Shown piece by piece: positions 41,530-51,379 of a DNA stretch of 64,000 bases (within the stretch, counting starts at the first letter, position 1; every line of letters begins with the position of its first letter). Origin of the DNA: an uncultured Acidobacteriota bacterium. GTDB lineage: Bacteria; Acidobacteriota; UBA6911. The notes below the pieces were generated by a model. The model was not told the DNA's origin. It was given only the letters and a program-made list of their open reading frames with translations, and made no database searches. The position numbers and the translations under genes are program-made. The DNA is taken from assembly GCA_963843575.1 (NCBI GenBank), contig CAWJKZ010000012.1, forward strand, positions 96,001 through 160,000. The letters run 5' to 3'.

Positions 41530-43233
41530 ATGCCCAAGAGAACGTTCGCGCCGTGGCAGCATCCGATCCTTCTCGCCCCGATGCTCCTGTTCTGCCTTCC
41601 GCTCGCCTGCACCCGGCCGCAGGCCCGTGTGCCGGCCCCCGACACACGGGCGGCACGGGAGGAACTCGCCCGGGGAGACACCTACTTCGCGGTCCATCAC
41701 CTCGCCGGCTGGCGGCAAGCCGAGGAGGCATACGCCAAGGCGTACGCGCTTACGCCGTCCGATGAGGCCCGAGACAAGCTGCTGCTCTCCCGGTTCCTCA
41801 TCATGACCCGGCAGATCGACGAAGACATCGTTTCGCCTGACGTCGACAAAACGGTGACCGCACTCTGCACGCTGCCCAGCACCTCCCGCGCCGCCTGCCT
41901 GTGCGACCTGGCCCGGCAGTACCGCGACGGGTACGGCGCGACCTCCTTCAAGGCCCGCCCCGAACCGAAGGTCCAGCCGGCGCCTGCCGTCTTCAACTTC
42001 GACGGCGGCGTCCTGGACGCCTACCTCCTCGAACTCCACCGCCGCACCTACGGGCTTGAACTGCCCCAGGACGAGGCGGCCCGGCTCTGGGAGATCCACA
42101 ACAACTCCCCTCTCTTCATCTACCTGAACATGGGACGCAAGACGACCGCCAGGGTCGCCGCGCTGGAGAGCGCCTTTCCGGACTTCGCGGAGCTGTTCGC
42201 GTTCGCCGCCGAGGACCTCTTCCAGAAGTCGCGCTTCAGCGGCGCGCGCCGCTACTTCGAACGCGCCCGCCAGCTCGTCCCGGACTACACGCGCGCCCAG
42301 AACGGCATGGGCAACATTTATTTCTACGCGCTCGAGGACTGGGAAAAAGCCCTCGGGCAGTACCAGGCCACCCTCGCCCGCGACCCGGGCAACACCGCGG
42401 CCCTGTTCGGCACCGGCGCCTGCCTGCACCACCTCGGCAGGCACGCCGAGTCCAATGAGGCGATGGCCCGGGCGCTGCACAGCGACGTGACCCGCCGCGG
42501 GCGCTCCGGCGCCGAGAGCATCGGCTATTACCAGGTGGAGTGCAACTACTACCTGGCGTCGAACCACTCCAGCCTCGGCGCCCCTGAAAAAGCGCGCGAA
42601 TTCATCGACAGGGCCAAGGCCCTGACACGCTACGCCGAACACGTCGCCTACCTCTCGGGCGTGCTCTATTTCGACGCCGGCCGGAAAGACGAGGCCCGGG
42701 GGGAATTCGAGCTCCTCGTGCGCAGGGGGACCACGTTCTGCAACACGCGCTACTATCTCGGGCGCCTCTACTACGAGGCCGGGGACCCGAGCGCCTTCGA
42801 TCACTTCCTCGGGGCCTCCTCCTGCATGCAGGGGACCATCGCCGGGATGGAGAAACAGATCAAGTCCCTGCCGGGGCTCGACGTGGAACCCGACGAGCGC
42901 GTCGTGTTCCAGGGGAGACTCGAAAAGAAGCTGCTCAATTACCGCATGGAATCCGCCAAGCTGATCGACACCATGGTCCGAGTTACGACCGGGTCGGACA
43001 ACCCGAAGAAGAGCTTCTACGCGGACCTGATGACGGAAGTCCTGGCCGCATCCGGCCGTCGCTCGAACCGCGGCCGTAGCACTGACGCCCACAATGCGCA
43101 AAACGTGGGTCGGGCTTCAGCCCGGAGTCTGCGATCTGATCGACGCGGCGACGGCCTGTCGCGCAGACTGCGTCCGGGCATTCAGCGGACCGACGCGATC
43201 CGTGGATCGCGGATCAACGCTGGCAGCCTCTGA
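41530..43233 (+). CDS. TPR-repeat putative lipoprotein (true stop may be near 43079 if frameshifted)
   Basis: Lipobox-like LPLAC; TPR-like helices (AQNGMGNIY..A..YQATLARDPGN..ALFGTG). Confidence 0.75.
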   Translation: MPKRTFAPWQHPILLAPMLLFCLPLACTRPQARVPAPDTRAAREELARGDTYFAVHHLAGWRQAEEAYAKAYALTPSDEARDKLLLSRFLIMTRQIDEDIVSPDVDKTVTALCTLPSTSRAACLCDLARQYRDGYGATSFKARPEPKVQPAPAVFNFDGGVLDAYLLELHRRTYGLELPQDEAARLWEIHNNSPLFIYLNMGRKTTARVAALESAFPDFAELFAFAAEDLFQKSRFSGARRYFERARQLVPDYTRAQNGMGNIYFYALEDWEKALGQYQATLARDPGNTAALFGTGACLHHLGRHAESNEAMARALHSDVTRRGRSGAESIGYYQVECNYYLASNHSSLGAPEKAREFIDRAKALTRYAEHVAYLSGVLYFDAGRKDEARGEFELLVRRGTTFCNTRYYLGRLYYEAGDPSAFDHFLGASSCMQGTIAGMEKQIKSLPGLDVEPDERVVFQGRLEKKLLNYRMESAKLIDTMVRVTTGSDNPKKSFYADLMTEVLAASGRRSNRGRSTDAHNAQNVGRASARSLRSDRRGDGLSRRLRPGIQRTDAIRGSRINAGSL

Positions 43234-43241
43234 AGCCCGAC
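43105..43241. repeat. REP/REPIN-like element, family C (degenerate copy)
   Basis: gtgggtcgggcttcagcccgga ... ctgaagcccgac; matches 53803-53906. Confidence 0.6.
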
Positions 43242-43313
43242 GCGGCTTTCAGTGACGCACGTGCAGGGATCGTCTAGGATCGAGCCCGTCTCCCTGGAGG
43301 ATGGCGACGCCGA

Positions 43314-45575
43314 GTGGCGGACCGACCCGAGCAACCCGACCGACGTGAGTTCATCGTAACGACGGCGCTGGTGCCGGACATGGTGCGGCGCCTGGCCGGC
43401 ACACACGCCGCGCCGCAAGTCCTGCCCTGGTACCGGCGCACGTACCGCTGGGGCCAGACCAACATCACCGAACAGGACCCCGCGGCGTACGACATCGAGT
43501 GGTGGCGCGGCTACTGGCGGCGCACGCGGGTGCAGGGGGTCATCGTCAACGCCGGCGGCATCGTGGCCTATTACCCGAGCAAGTACCCGGCCCATCACCG
43601 CGCGGAACAACTGGGGGACCGTGATCTCTTCGGTGCGCTCGCCGAAGCCGCCCGCAAGGAGGGGCTGGTGCTCGTGGCCAGGATGGATTCCAACCGCGCC
43701 CACGATGTCCTGTACCGCCAACACCCGGACTGGTTCGCCGTCGACGCGCAGGGCAAGCCCTACCGCGCGGCCGACCTGTACGTCACCTGCGTCAACGGCC
43801 CCTACTACGGCGAGTACCTCCCGCAGATCCTGCTCGAGATCATCGAGCGGTACCACCCGGACGGTTTCACCGACAACAGCTGGAGCGGCCTGGACCGAGA
43901 CAGCATCTGCCACTGCGTCCACTGCGCGCGCCGCTTCAGGGATTGGGCCGGCGCGGGGCTGCCCGCCCGCAAGGACTGGCGGGACCCGGTCTATCGCCGG
44001 TGGATAGAGTGGAACACCCAGCGCCGTGTCGAACTGTGGGAGCTCAACAACCGCGTAACCCGCGGGGCGGGCGGCCCGGACTGTGTCTGGAGCGGCATGC
44101 TCAGCGGCGACCTCGCGTCCGAAGGGCGAAGGTTCCGCGATTTAAAGGCGCTCTGCGAGCGCGCGGAGATCGTCTTCTTCGACGACCAGGGGCGGAGCAA
44201 CGCGTCCGGGTTCCAGGGCAACGGCGACCTCGGCAAGAGGATGCATGGCCTGCTGGGCTGGGACAAACTCGTCCCCGAGAGCATGGCCATGTACCAGAGG
44301 GCCCCGACTTTTCGCAAGGCTGCGGGCCCGGAGCACGAGGCGCGCCTCTGGATGCTGGAAGGGATCGCGGGCGGGATCCAGCCCTGGTGGCACCACGTGG
44401 GCGCGTTGCAGGAAGACCTGCGCCAGTTCCGGACGGCCGAACCGGTTTTCCGCTGGCACGAGAAAAACGAGCGCTACCTCGTCAACCGACGGCCTGTCGC
44501 GACCGTCGGGGTGGCGTGGTCCCAGCGCAACGTCGACTTCTTCGGGGGCGACGAGCCGGAAGGCCGCGTCCTCCTGCCGTATCGCGGCATGTCTCAGGCC
44601 TTGGTGAGGGCCCGGATCCCGTACCTGCCCGTGCACATGGATCACTTCGAAAGGGACGTGGAGGGCCTGGCGTTGGTCGTGCTCCCCAACCTCGCGGTCA
44701 TGACCGAGCGCCACGCCGAGGCGCTGCGCCGGTTCGTCGCCCGCGGCGGCGGCCTGCTCGCCACCGGCGACTCCAGCCTCTGGCTGGAGTCCGGGGAGCG
44801 CCGCGAGGACTTCGCGCTGGCCGACGTTTTTGGCGCCCACGCGACGGCGGAGCGGCTGGGGCCGGCGACCGGCACGGCCCCGGACCACAGCTACCTGCGT
44901 CTCCTGCCGGACATGGACGCGACCGGCCGCGGGCCGCGCCGCCCCGAAGGGGCGTCCCCGCAAGGCGCGCGCCATCCCGTGTTGCGCGGCTTCGAGGAGA
45001 CCAACCTCATCCCCTTCGGGGGAGTCTTGCGGAAAGTGGCGGCGGCAGGCGACACGACGGCCCCGCTCACCTACGTCCCCGACTTCCCGGCCTACCCGCC
45101 GGAAACGTCCTGGATGCGTGAGCCGCGCACTTCCATCCCCGGGCTCCTCGTGCGCAGCGTGCCCGGGGGAGGGCGCGTCGCTTACCTCGCCGCCGACATC
45201 GACGCCCGCTTCGCCCGCGAAAACCTGCCCGACCACTTCCGCCTGCTGTCGAACGTCGTGCGCTGGGCGGCCTCGGACAACCTGCCGCTGCGGGTGACCG
45301 GGCCCGGATTCGTCGACTGCCACCTGTACGCCCGGCCCGGAGGGTTCGTGCTGCACCTGATCAACCTCACGAATGCGGCGGCTTGGCGGGCGCCCGTCGA
45401 CGAGCTCCTGCCCGTCGGGCCGCTCCAGGTGTCGGTCCGGCTCGGCCAGGGTCCCGCGCCGCGCAGGGCCGTGTCGCTGGTGTCCGAGTCCTCCCGCGCA
45501 CCGCGCCTCGAGCAGGGTTGGACTACGTTCGAGGTGGCGGAGGTGCGCGACCACGAAGTGATCGTCCTGGAGTGA
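43314..45575 (+). CDS. Putative glycoside hydrolase (GHL6-like TIM barrel plus GH42-type trimerisation domain), Tat-like leader
   Basis: DRREFI leader; VNAGGIVAYYPS, GDRDLFG, HPDW, DGFTDN; LVVLPN...FVARGGGLLATG. Confidence 0.7.
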   Translation: MADRPEQPDRREFIVTTALVPDMVRRLAGTHAAPQVLPWYRRTYRWGQTNITEQDPAAYDIEWWRGYWRRTRVQGVIVNAGGIVAYYPSKYPAHHRAEQLGDRDLFGALAEAARKEGLVLVARMDSNRAHDVLYRQHPDWFAVDAQGKPYRAADLYVTCVNGPYYGEYLPQILLEIIERYHPDGFTDNSWSGLDRDSICHCVHCARRFRDWAGAGLPARKDWRDPVYRRWIEWNTQRRVELWELNNRVTRGAGGPDCVWSGMLSGDLASEGRRFRDLKALCERAEIVFFDDQGRSNASGFQGNGDLGKRMHGLLGWDKLVPESMAMYQRAPTFRKAAGPEHEARLWMLEGIAGGIQPWWHHVGALQEDLRQFRTAEPVFRWHEKNERYLVNRRPVATVGVAWSQRNVDFFGGDEPEGRVLLPYRGMSQALVRARIPYLPVHMDHFERDVEGLALVVLPNLAVMTERHAEALRRFVARGGGLLATGDSSLWLESGERREDFALADVFGAHATAERLGPATGTAPDHSYLRLLPDMDATGRGPRRPEGASPQGARHPVLRGFEETNLIPFGGVLRKVAAAGDTTAPLTYVPDFPAYPPETSWMREPRTSIPGLLVRSVPGGGRVAYLAADIDARFARENLPDHFRLLSNVVRWAASDNLPLRVTGPGFVDCHLYARPGGFVLHLINLTNAAAWRAPVDELLPVGPLQVSVRLGQGPAPRRAVSLVSESSRAPRLEQGWTTFEVAEVRDHEVIVLE

Positions 45576-45578
45576 GCC

Positions 45579-46361
45579 ATGCAGGCAACGGCCCGCGAGC
45601 GCTCGAGGATCGTCGAGGAATGGCTGGACCGGCTCTACGTCGCCGCCGAGGGGGCGACGCTGCGGCGCGAGGAGCGCCAGAAGGCTGCTGAGGTGGCCGC
45701 GCTGCTCCTGGAAATCGAGCGCGCCGTCGCCGCCCTCGCCCGCCGCGCCCCCGTTCTGCTCGTGGACGCGGCGGCCGGCAAGAGCTATGTCGGGCTGCTC
45801 GCCGCCCGGCTGGTGCTCGAGCCGATGGGCCGGCGCGCCGCGATCGTCACCCTGGAGCGGGACCCGCGCCGCTGCGAACTCGGGCGCCGCGCCGCCGCCC
45901 GGCTCGCGAGCGCCATCCCGATCGAGTTCCGGGAAGCCGATGTGGCCGACGCCCGGGCCTGGCCCGAGGGACCGTCGCTGGTCACGGCGCTGCACGCCTG
46001 CGGACCCGCCGCGGACGCTGTCATCGAGCGGGCCGTCGCCAGCCGCGCCGGCACCCTGCTCCTCGTCCCCTGCTGCACCGGCCGGGCCGTCGAGGCGGCC
46101 GCGCGCGCCGAGCGCCGCGCGGACGCCGAGGGTATCCCCCGCCACGCCCCCGTGCGCCGCCGCTTCGTCCAGGCGTGGGTGGACGCCGAGAGGACCTGGC
46201 GCCTCGAGGCGGCCGGCTACCAGACCGAGGTCGTGGAGTTCGTCCCCCCCACCGTCACCCCGCACAACCTCCTGTGGCGCGCGCGCCGCGTCGGCGAACC
46301 CGTGCGCATGCGCGCCGCGCGCTCCACCCTCGAGAGGTGGCTGACACCGCCGACAAACTGA
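45579..46361 (+). CDS. SAM-dependent methyltransferase
   Basis: LVDAAAGKSYVG, TALHACG, LVPCC, TPHNLL. Confidence 0.75.
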   Translation: MQATARERSRIVEEWLDRLYVAAEGATLRREERQKAAEVAALLLEIERAVAALARRAPVLLVDAAAGKSYVGLLAARLVLEPMGRRAAIVTLERDPRRCELGRRAAARLASAIPIEFREADVADARAWPEGPSLVTALHACGPAADAVIERAVASRAGTLLLVPCCTGRAVEAAARAERRADAEGIPRHAPVRRRFVQAWVDAERTWRLEAAGYQTEVVEFVPPTVTPHNLLWRARRVGEPVRMRAARSTLERWLTPPTN

Positions 46362-46390
46362 TTGACAATTCGGCGGCCTTGCCTTATTTT
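46362..46390 (+). promoter_or_regulatory. Sigma70-type promoter for lrp-amtB
   Basis: TTGACA-N17-TATTTT followed by an AT-rich tract. Confidence 0.65.
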
Positions 46391-46438
46391 CATAAAGTAC
46401 AAACTAAATTAACCTTACTTTTTTAGTCGAGTGACGCC

Positions 46439-46894
46439 ATGGACGATATCGATTTCAAGATACTGGACATCCTGCAGGAGCGGGGCCGCATCCGCCGGAA
46501 CGAGCTGGCCGACGCCGTCGGCCTGTCGCTGCCGTCGGCGAGCGAGCGCCTGCGCAAGCTCGAGGAACAGGGGATCATCACGGGGTACCACGCCGACGTC
46601 GACTACCGAAGGCTCGGCAGGGACATCACCGCATTCGTCTTCGTGACCGTCGACTCGTCCAAGCATTACGCCCAGTTCATCGAGCACGCCACGGCGCTCG
46701 ACGACGTCCTCGAGTGTCACGCGGTCACCGGCGAGGGAACGCACCTGCTCAAGGCCAGGACGGCCAACACGGCCTCGCTCGAAAAACTCCTCTCCAAGAT
46801 CCAGGCCTGGAGCGGCGTCGTCAGCACCAGGACGCACCTGGTGCTCTCCACGCGCAAGGAAACCACCAGGATCCGGATGGAGCACAAGAAATGA
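46439..46894 (+). CDS. Lrp/AsnC family transcriptional regulator
   Basis: MDDIDFKILDILQ..GR..ELADAVGLS..ERLRKLEEQGIITGY; VLECHAVTG. Confidence 0.93.
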   Translation: MDDIDFKILDILQERGRIRRNELADAVGLSLPSASERLRKLEEQGIITGYHADVDYRRLGRDITAFVFVTVDSSKHYAQFIEHATALDDVLECHAVTGEGTHLLKARTANTASLEKLLSKIQAWSGVVSTRTHLVLSTRKETTRIRMEHKK

Positions 46895-48135
46895 GTGGAA
46901 TCGACCGGGGCGACACCGCCTTCCTGCTGATCTCGTCGGCCTTGGTGCTGTTCATGACGCCGGGACTCGCATTCTTCTACGGCGGCATGGTCCGCAGCAA
47001 GAACGTCGTCAACACCATGATGATGAGCTTCACGGCCATGGCGGTCGTCACGGTCCAGTGGGTGCTGGTGGGCTACAGCCTGGCGTTCGGCCCCGCCGGC
47101 GGCTTCGCGGGCAAATTCGTCGGCGGCCTGCACTGGTTCGGGCTCGCCGGGGTCGGGCTGGAGGCCAACGCCGCCTACGCGCCGACGATCCCGCACCAGC
47201 TGTTCATGGTCTACCAGCTGATGTTCGCCATCATCACCCCGGCGTTGATCTCCGGCGCCATCGTCGAGCGGTTCCGCTTCCGCGCCTACGCCCTGTTCAT
47301 CCTGCTGTGGTCCACGATTTCCTATGACCCGGTGGCGCACTGGGTCTGGGGGACCAACGGTTGGCTGCACGCGCTCGGGGCGCTCGACTTCGCAGGAGGG
47401 ACCGTCGTGCACGTCAACGCCGGGGTGGCCGCGCTGGTGGCGACCCTGATGCTCGGGCCGCGCCTTAATTTCCCCCACCGCGTGACCCCGCCCCACAACG
47501 TGACCCTGGTGATGCTCGGCGCCGGCATGCTCTGGTTCGGCTGGTTCGGGTTCAACGCCGGCAGCGCACTCGCTTCGGGCGCGGCCGCCACCGTCGCCTT
47601 CGTCAACACCAACATCGCGGCGGGCGCCGCCATGCTCGGCTGGATGCTCGTCGAATCCTCGCTGAAGGCGAAACCGACAGCTGTCGGCGCCATCACGGGG
47701 GCGGTCGCCGGCCTCGTCGCCATCACGCCCGCCTGCGGGTTCGTGACCCCGCTGGGAGCCCTCGCCATCGGGCTCGGTGCCTCGGTGGTCTGCTACTGGG
47801 CCCTGAATCGGCGGATCAAGTGGAACCTCGATGACACGCTCGACGCGTTCTCCGTCCACGGGGTCGGAGGGGTCTTCGGGGCGCTCGCCACCGGCGTGTT
47901 CGCATCCAAGGCGGTCAACGGCGCCGGTGCCGACGGCCTGCTGTACGGCAATGCCAGGCTGGTCGGCATCCAGGCAGTCGCGGTCCTCACCACCGCGGCG
48001 TTCTCGGCCGCCGTCACCTGGGTCCTGATCAAGGTTCTCTCCGCGACCTCGGGCGTGCGCAGCACCGAAGAACACGAATACGAAGGGCTCGACGTCGTCG
48101 AACACGGCGAACGCGCCTACCACGAGATCGCCTGA
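46891..48135 (+). CDS. amtB: Ammonium transporter
   Basis: LFMTPGLAFFYGG, HWVWG, DFAGGTVVH, LWFGWFGFNAGS, AGLVAITP, DDTLDAFSVHG; ATG overlaps the lrp stop. Confidence 0.96.
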   Translation: MSGIDRGDTAFLLISSALVLFMTPGLAFFYGGMVRSKNVVNTMMMSFTAMAVVTVQWVLVGYSLAFGPAGGFAGKFVGGLHWFGLAGVGLEANAAYAPTIPHQLFMVYQLMFAIITPALISGAIVERFRFRAYALFILLWSTISYDPVAHWVWGTNGWLHALGALDFAGGTVVHVNAGVAALVATLMLGPRLNFPHRVTPPHNVTLVMLGAGMLWFGWFGFNAGSALASGAAATVAFVNTNIAAGAAMLGWMLVESSLKAKPTAVGAITGAVAGLVAITPACGFVTPLGALAIGLGASVVCYWALNRRIKWNLDDTLDAFSVHGVGGVFGALATGVFASKAVNGAGADGLLYGNARLVGIQAVAVLTTAAFSAAVTWVLIKVLSATSGVRSTEEHEYEGLDVVEHGERAYHEIA

Positions 48136-48166
48136 CCCGAAGGCGCGCCGGCCCCTTCGTCCCACC

Positions 48167-48787
48167 TCACACCAGCGCGGGATGAGGCTGTCCCAACCCG
48201 TTCGGGCGCGGCAGGTGCCGGTCGCGATCGCAGGGCGGGGCCGCGCGCTCTGGCAGCGGGTCGTCCGGCCACGCTTCGGACCACCGTCTCCGGTCTTCGT
48301 CGTCGGCGTAGTACTTCAACCAGAGTTGGACGTCCTCGTCCCGGCCGCCAGCCGCCAGGTCGCAGAAACAATCGTAGTCGGGTTCGTCGGGCAGGATCAC
48401 CACCGGATCGCGCAGCACCTCGTACCAGAGCCGGCCGTACAGCTCGCGGTCGCTCAGGTGGTTGGTGTTTCTCAGATAGGCCCCGAGCAACGCCAGACGC
48501 TGCAGCACCTCCCAGAGCTTCACGTGCAGCTGTGCGTCGTCCAGCCGGTCGGGTTCGGGCAGGTCCATCCCCTGCCTGGACAACTCGTCGATGAGGACGA
48601 CCGGAGCCGTCTGTTCGTACCTCACGACGTGCTCGAGGAATCGCTCCTGCACGGCCAGCGGACAGTGTTCGGAAAAACCCATCGGCACCGGGCCGCCGGC
48701 AATCTCCTCCAGCTGCTTCTTCAGTTCGCGGATGCGGCGCCGGTGGGCTTCTGTCGCGTCACGAACGCCGCGTGCCGTCTTGCTCAT
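48167..48787 (-). CDS. Hypothetical acidic protein
   Basis: AGGAGG RBS; 206-aa ORF with natural composition (NHLSDRELY, WLKYYAD, DRDRHLP). Confidence 0.7.
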   Translation of the reverse strand: MSKTARGVRDATEAHRRRIRELKKQLEEIAGGPVPMGFSEHCPLAVQERFLEHVVRYEQTAPVVLIDELSRQGMDLPEPDRLDDAQLHVKLWEVLQRLALLGAYLRNTNHLSDRELYGRLWYEVLRDPVVILPDEPDYDCFCDLAAGGRDEDVQLWLKYYADDEDRRRWSEAWPDDPLPERAAPPCDRDRHLPRPNGLGQPHPALV

Positions 48788-48935
48788 ACGGTATCCTCCT
48801 GACCCGCTCTAACCCCTTTCCCCGGGATTGGTCCAACAAATCGCTCCGCGGGGCGCCAGTATTCGCTTCCTTCCCCCGCCCGGACGAAGCAGAATCGGGG
48901 AGGAGCGGAAACGCTCGCCAGCCAGGAGGCAGGGG

Positions 48936-49865
48936 ATGAACCGCCGGTCTTTCGTGCAGCAGTGTGCGTTTCTGGGCATCGCGGCGGGCGCAGCCGGATC
49001 GGCCCGCGAGGAAACGACGGCCGGGGTGCGCCGGCTTTCGAGCAACAGGAACTTCGTCTCCTATAATGCCGGGATGATTCCAGCCTACACCGTCAAACCG
49101 GGGGAGGTGGTGCTCGTCGAATGCCTGCACGGACTGCCCGGGCTCGTGACCCGCGACGGCAATTTCCTCAAGGCCGGGGCGGGCGACAGGATAAACCCGG
49201 GGACGGGACCCATCTCCGTCGAAGGGATCGAAGCCGGTGACGCGCTGGCCATTGAGCTGCTGGACATCCGGGTCGCCGACTGGGGATACAGCGCCAACAG
49301 GATCTTCGATCTCGCCGGCGGCTACGCGACGTTCGACCGGCGGCTGAAGATACCGCTGCAGCCCATGATCGGCCAGATCGGCATAGCCCCGGCCCGGGGG
49401 GTTATGGACTCGCGTGCGCCGGCCGACACGGGCGGCAACATGGACTGCAAGGAGGTGCGAGCCGGCAGCACGCTCGTCTTCACCGCGCAGGTCCGGGGAG
49501 GACTCGTCGGCATCGGCGATCCGCATGCGCTCCAGGGCGACGGCGAAATCAGCGGGCAGGGGATCGAGTGCGCCGCCGAGGTGCTCGTGCGCTTTGCCAG
49601 GCTCCCCGCCCGCCTCTCGGAGCGCCCGGTGATCCTGCGGCCCGAATGGGTGGCGACCGTGGGAGCCCACAAGGATCTGGCCGAGGCAGCCTGGCAGGCC
49701 ACCGACGACATGGTAAAACTCCTCGCCGCCAAAACCGGGAGGGAGGAGAAGGACGCGCGCATGCTGGTCAACCTGGTCGGCAACCTGCGGGTCAACCAGA
49801 TCGTCGACCCCACCAAGGGAGCGCGCATGGAAGTCCCCGGCTGGGCCTTCGGCCTCTCCGGATGA
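48936..49865 (+). CDS. Acetamidase/formamidase family protein with Tat leader
   Basis: MNRRSFVQ leader; NPGTGPISVEG..GD, PMIG, GGNMD, GDPHALQGDGE. Confidence 0.85.
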   Translation: MNRRSFVQQCAFLGIAAGAAGSAREETTAGVRRLSSNRNFVSYNAGMIPAYTVKPGEVVLVECLHGLPGLVTRDGNFLKAGAGDRINPGTGPISVEGIEAGDALAIELLDIRVADWGYSANRIFDLAGGYATFDRRLKIPLQPMIGQIGIAPARGVMDSRAPADTGGNMDCKEVRAGSTLVFTAQVRGGLVGIGDPHALQGDGEISGQGIECAAEVLVRFARLPARLSERPVILRPEWVATVGAHKDLAEAAWQATDDMVKLLAAKTGREEKDARMLVNLVGNLRVNQIVDPTKGARMEVPGWAFGLSG

Positions 49866-49957
49866 CTTCTTGTCTGCAGCCGAGGGGATCCGGCCCGCAG
49901 TCGGCCCCGTGGCCCGACGCGGCCCCAGGGACGGCGTGGAGTGGCGCGATTCGATGA

Positions 49958-50054
49958 GGCGCCGAGGCGCCGCACTCCATGCCGGGCGCCGAGGCACCGG
50001 GGGTTTCGGCCGTAGTACGTGAGTGGAAAGCGGCGCCGAGGCGCCGCACTCCAG
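49958..50054. repeat. Family B REP-like palindromes, two copies
   Basis: ggcgccgaggcgccgcactcca (49958-49979) and gaaagcggcgccgaggcgccgcactccag (50026-50054) between convergent genes. Confidence 0.75.
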
Positions 50055-51230
50055 TTACATCTCTACCCAGGCGTTGCCGAGGGAGTTGCTCTCCACCGCC
50101 TTGGTGATGAAGTAGATCCCCATGCGCCCGTCCTCGACGTTGGCGTACTTCGACCCGTCGCTCGCGCACGGCCGCCCCTCCAGGTACGCGCGGACGTCCG
50201 CCTCGAAACAGCGGTGCAGGCGCGCAAAGGCGTCGTGAAACGCCTCGGGATGCCCGGCGGGTATCGTCACCTCCTGAAGCAGATCCTGCGGCACGTCCCC
50301 GAGGAATCCGTCGTTCGGCTGCACGGCGCCGCGCCAGTACACGAGGTCGGGTTTGCCCGGCACGTTGATCACCAGCTTTTCCGGTTCTTCCTGGGACCAG
50401 CGCAGCGACCCGCGGGTGCCGCACACAAGCAGGCCGAGTTCGTTTTTGTGCCCGATGCAGATCTGGCTGGCACGCACGAGAGCGCGCGCGCCGTTGTCGA
50501 GTTCGGCGTAGACGGTGAAGTGATCATCCAGCTTGCGGTTGGCCACGAAGATCTCCAGGTGGCCGCTGAGCCGGCGCACTTCGAGGCCGGTCACGAAGCG
50601 CAGCTGCATGAGCGCGTGGGTGCCGATGTCGCCGCCGCAGCCGCTCGCCCCCGCGCGCTTGGGATCGACGCGCCACTCGGCCTGCATGCTCCCCTGGTCC
50701 TCGACCCTCTCCGAGAGCCAGCCCTGGATGTAGTAGGCGTCGACCCAACGCACGTCCCCGAGGAGGCCCGAACGGACGATGTGGCGCGCCAACCTGCTCG
50801 ACCAGTGCCCGAGATAGGTGTGGGCGACGCAGAAGGGGATGCGTTTTTCCTTCACGAGCCGGACCAACTCGTCCGACTCCCCGAGCGTCACCGTCAGCGG
50901 TTTCTCGCAGAACACCGGAATGCCGGCGTTGACGAGCTTCACCGCGGGATCGAAGTGGACGTGGTTGGGGGTGACAATCAGGGCGTAGTCGATGCGCTCC
51001 CCGACCGCTTTTCGGGCCTCGGCAGCGATCATTTCGTCGTAGCTGGTGTAGCCGCGGATCGGATAAGGCCAGTTCTCCGCCTCCCTCAGCGCAACCGCCG
51101 GGTCCGGGTGCAACGCCGCCGCCACCACCCTGCGGGTACCGTCCATGTGGATCGCGCGCTGGTGCGGCTGGACGATGAAGGCGCCGCCGCCGCCCCCCAC
51201 CAGTCCGACGTTTAACGGTCTCTGAGACAT
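50055..51230 (-). CDS. Gfo/Idh/MocA family oxidoreductase
   Basis: VGLVGGGGGAFI, IVTPNHVH, FCEKP, WRVDP, GDIGTHA, PAGHPEAF. Confidence 0.9.
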   Translation of the reverse strand: MSQRPLNVGLVGGGGGAFIVQPHQRAIHMDGTRRVVAAALHPDPAVALREAENWPYPIRGYTSYDEMIAAEARKAVGERIDYALIVTPNHVHFDPAVKLVNAGIPVFCEKPLTVTLGESDELVRLVKEKRIPFCVAHTYLGHWSSRLARHIVRSGLLGDVRWVDAYYIQGWLSERVEDQGSMQAEWRVDPKRAGASGCGGDIGTHALMQLRFVTGLEVRRLSGHLEIFVANRKLDDHFTVYAELDNGARALVRASQICIGHKNELGLLVCGTRGSLRWSQEEPEKLVINVPGKPDLVYWRGAVQPNDGFLGDVPQDLLQEVTIPAGHPEAFHDAFARLHRCFEADVRAYLEGRPCASDGSKYANVEDGRMGIYFITKAVESNSLGNAWVEM

Positions 51231-51379
51231 AGCGAACCTCGTTCAGGAACGTGATTACTCCAGGGGGCAAGAGCGCGCCCCGACAGTTTTCCTTCATGCT
51301 GCCCGTCTATTTGATCTATTATCGCACCCATTTGTAAAGAGCGGTTTTGCGGAATCCGCCGCTATCCCGGGAGACCCCC

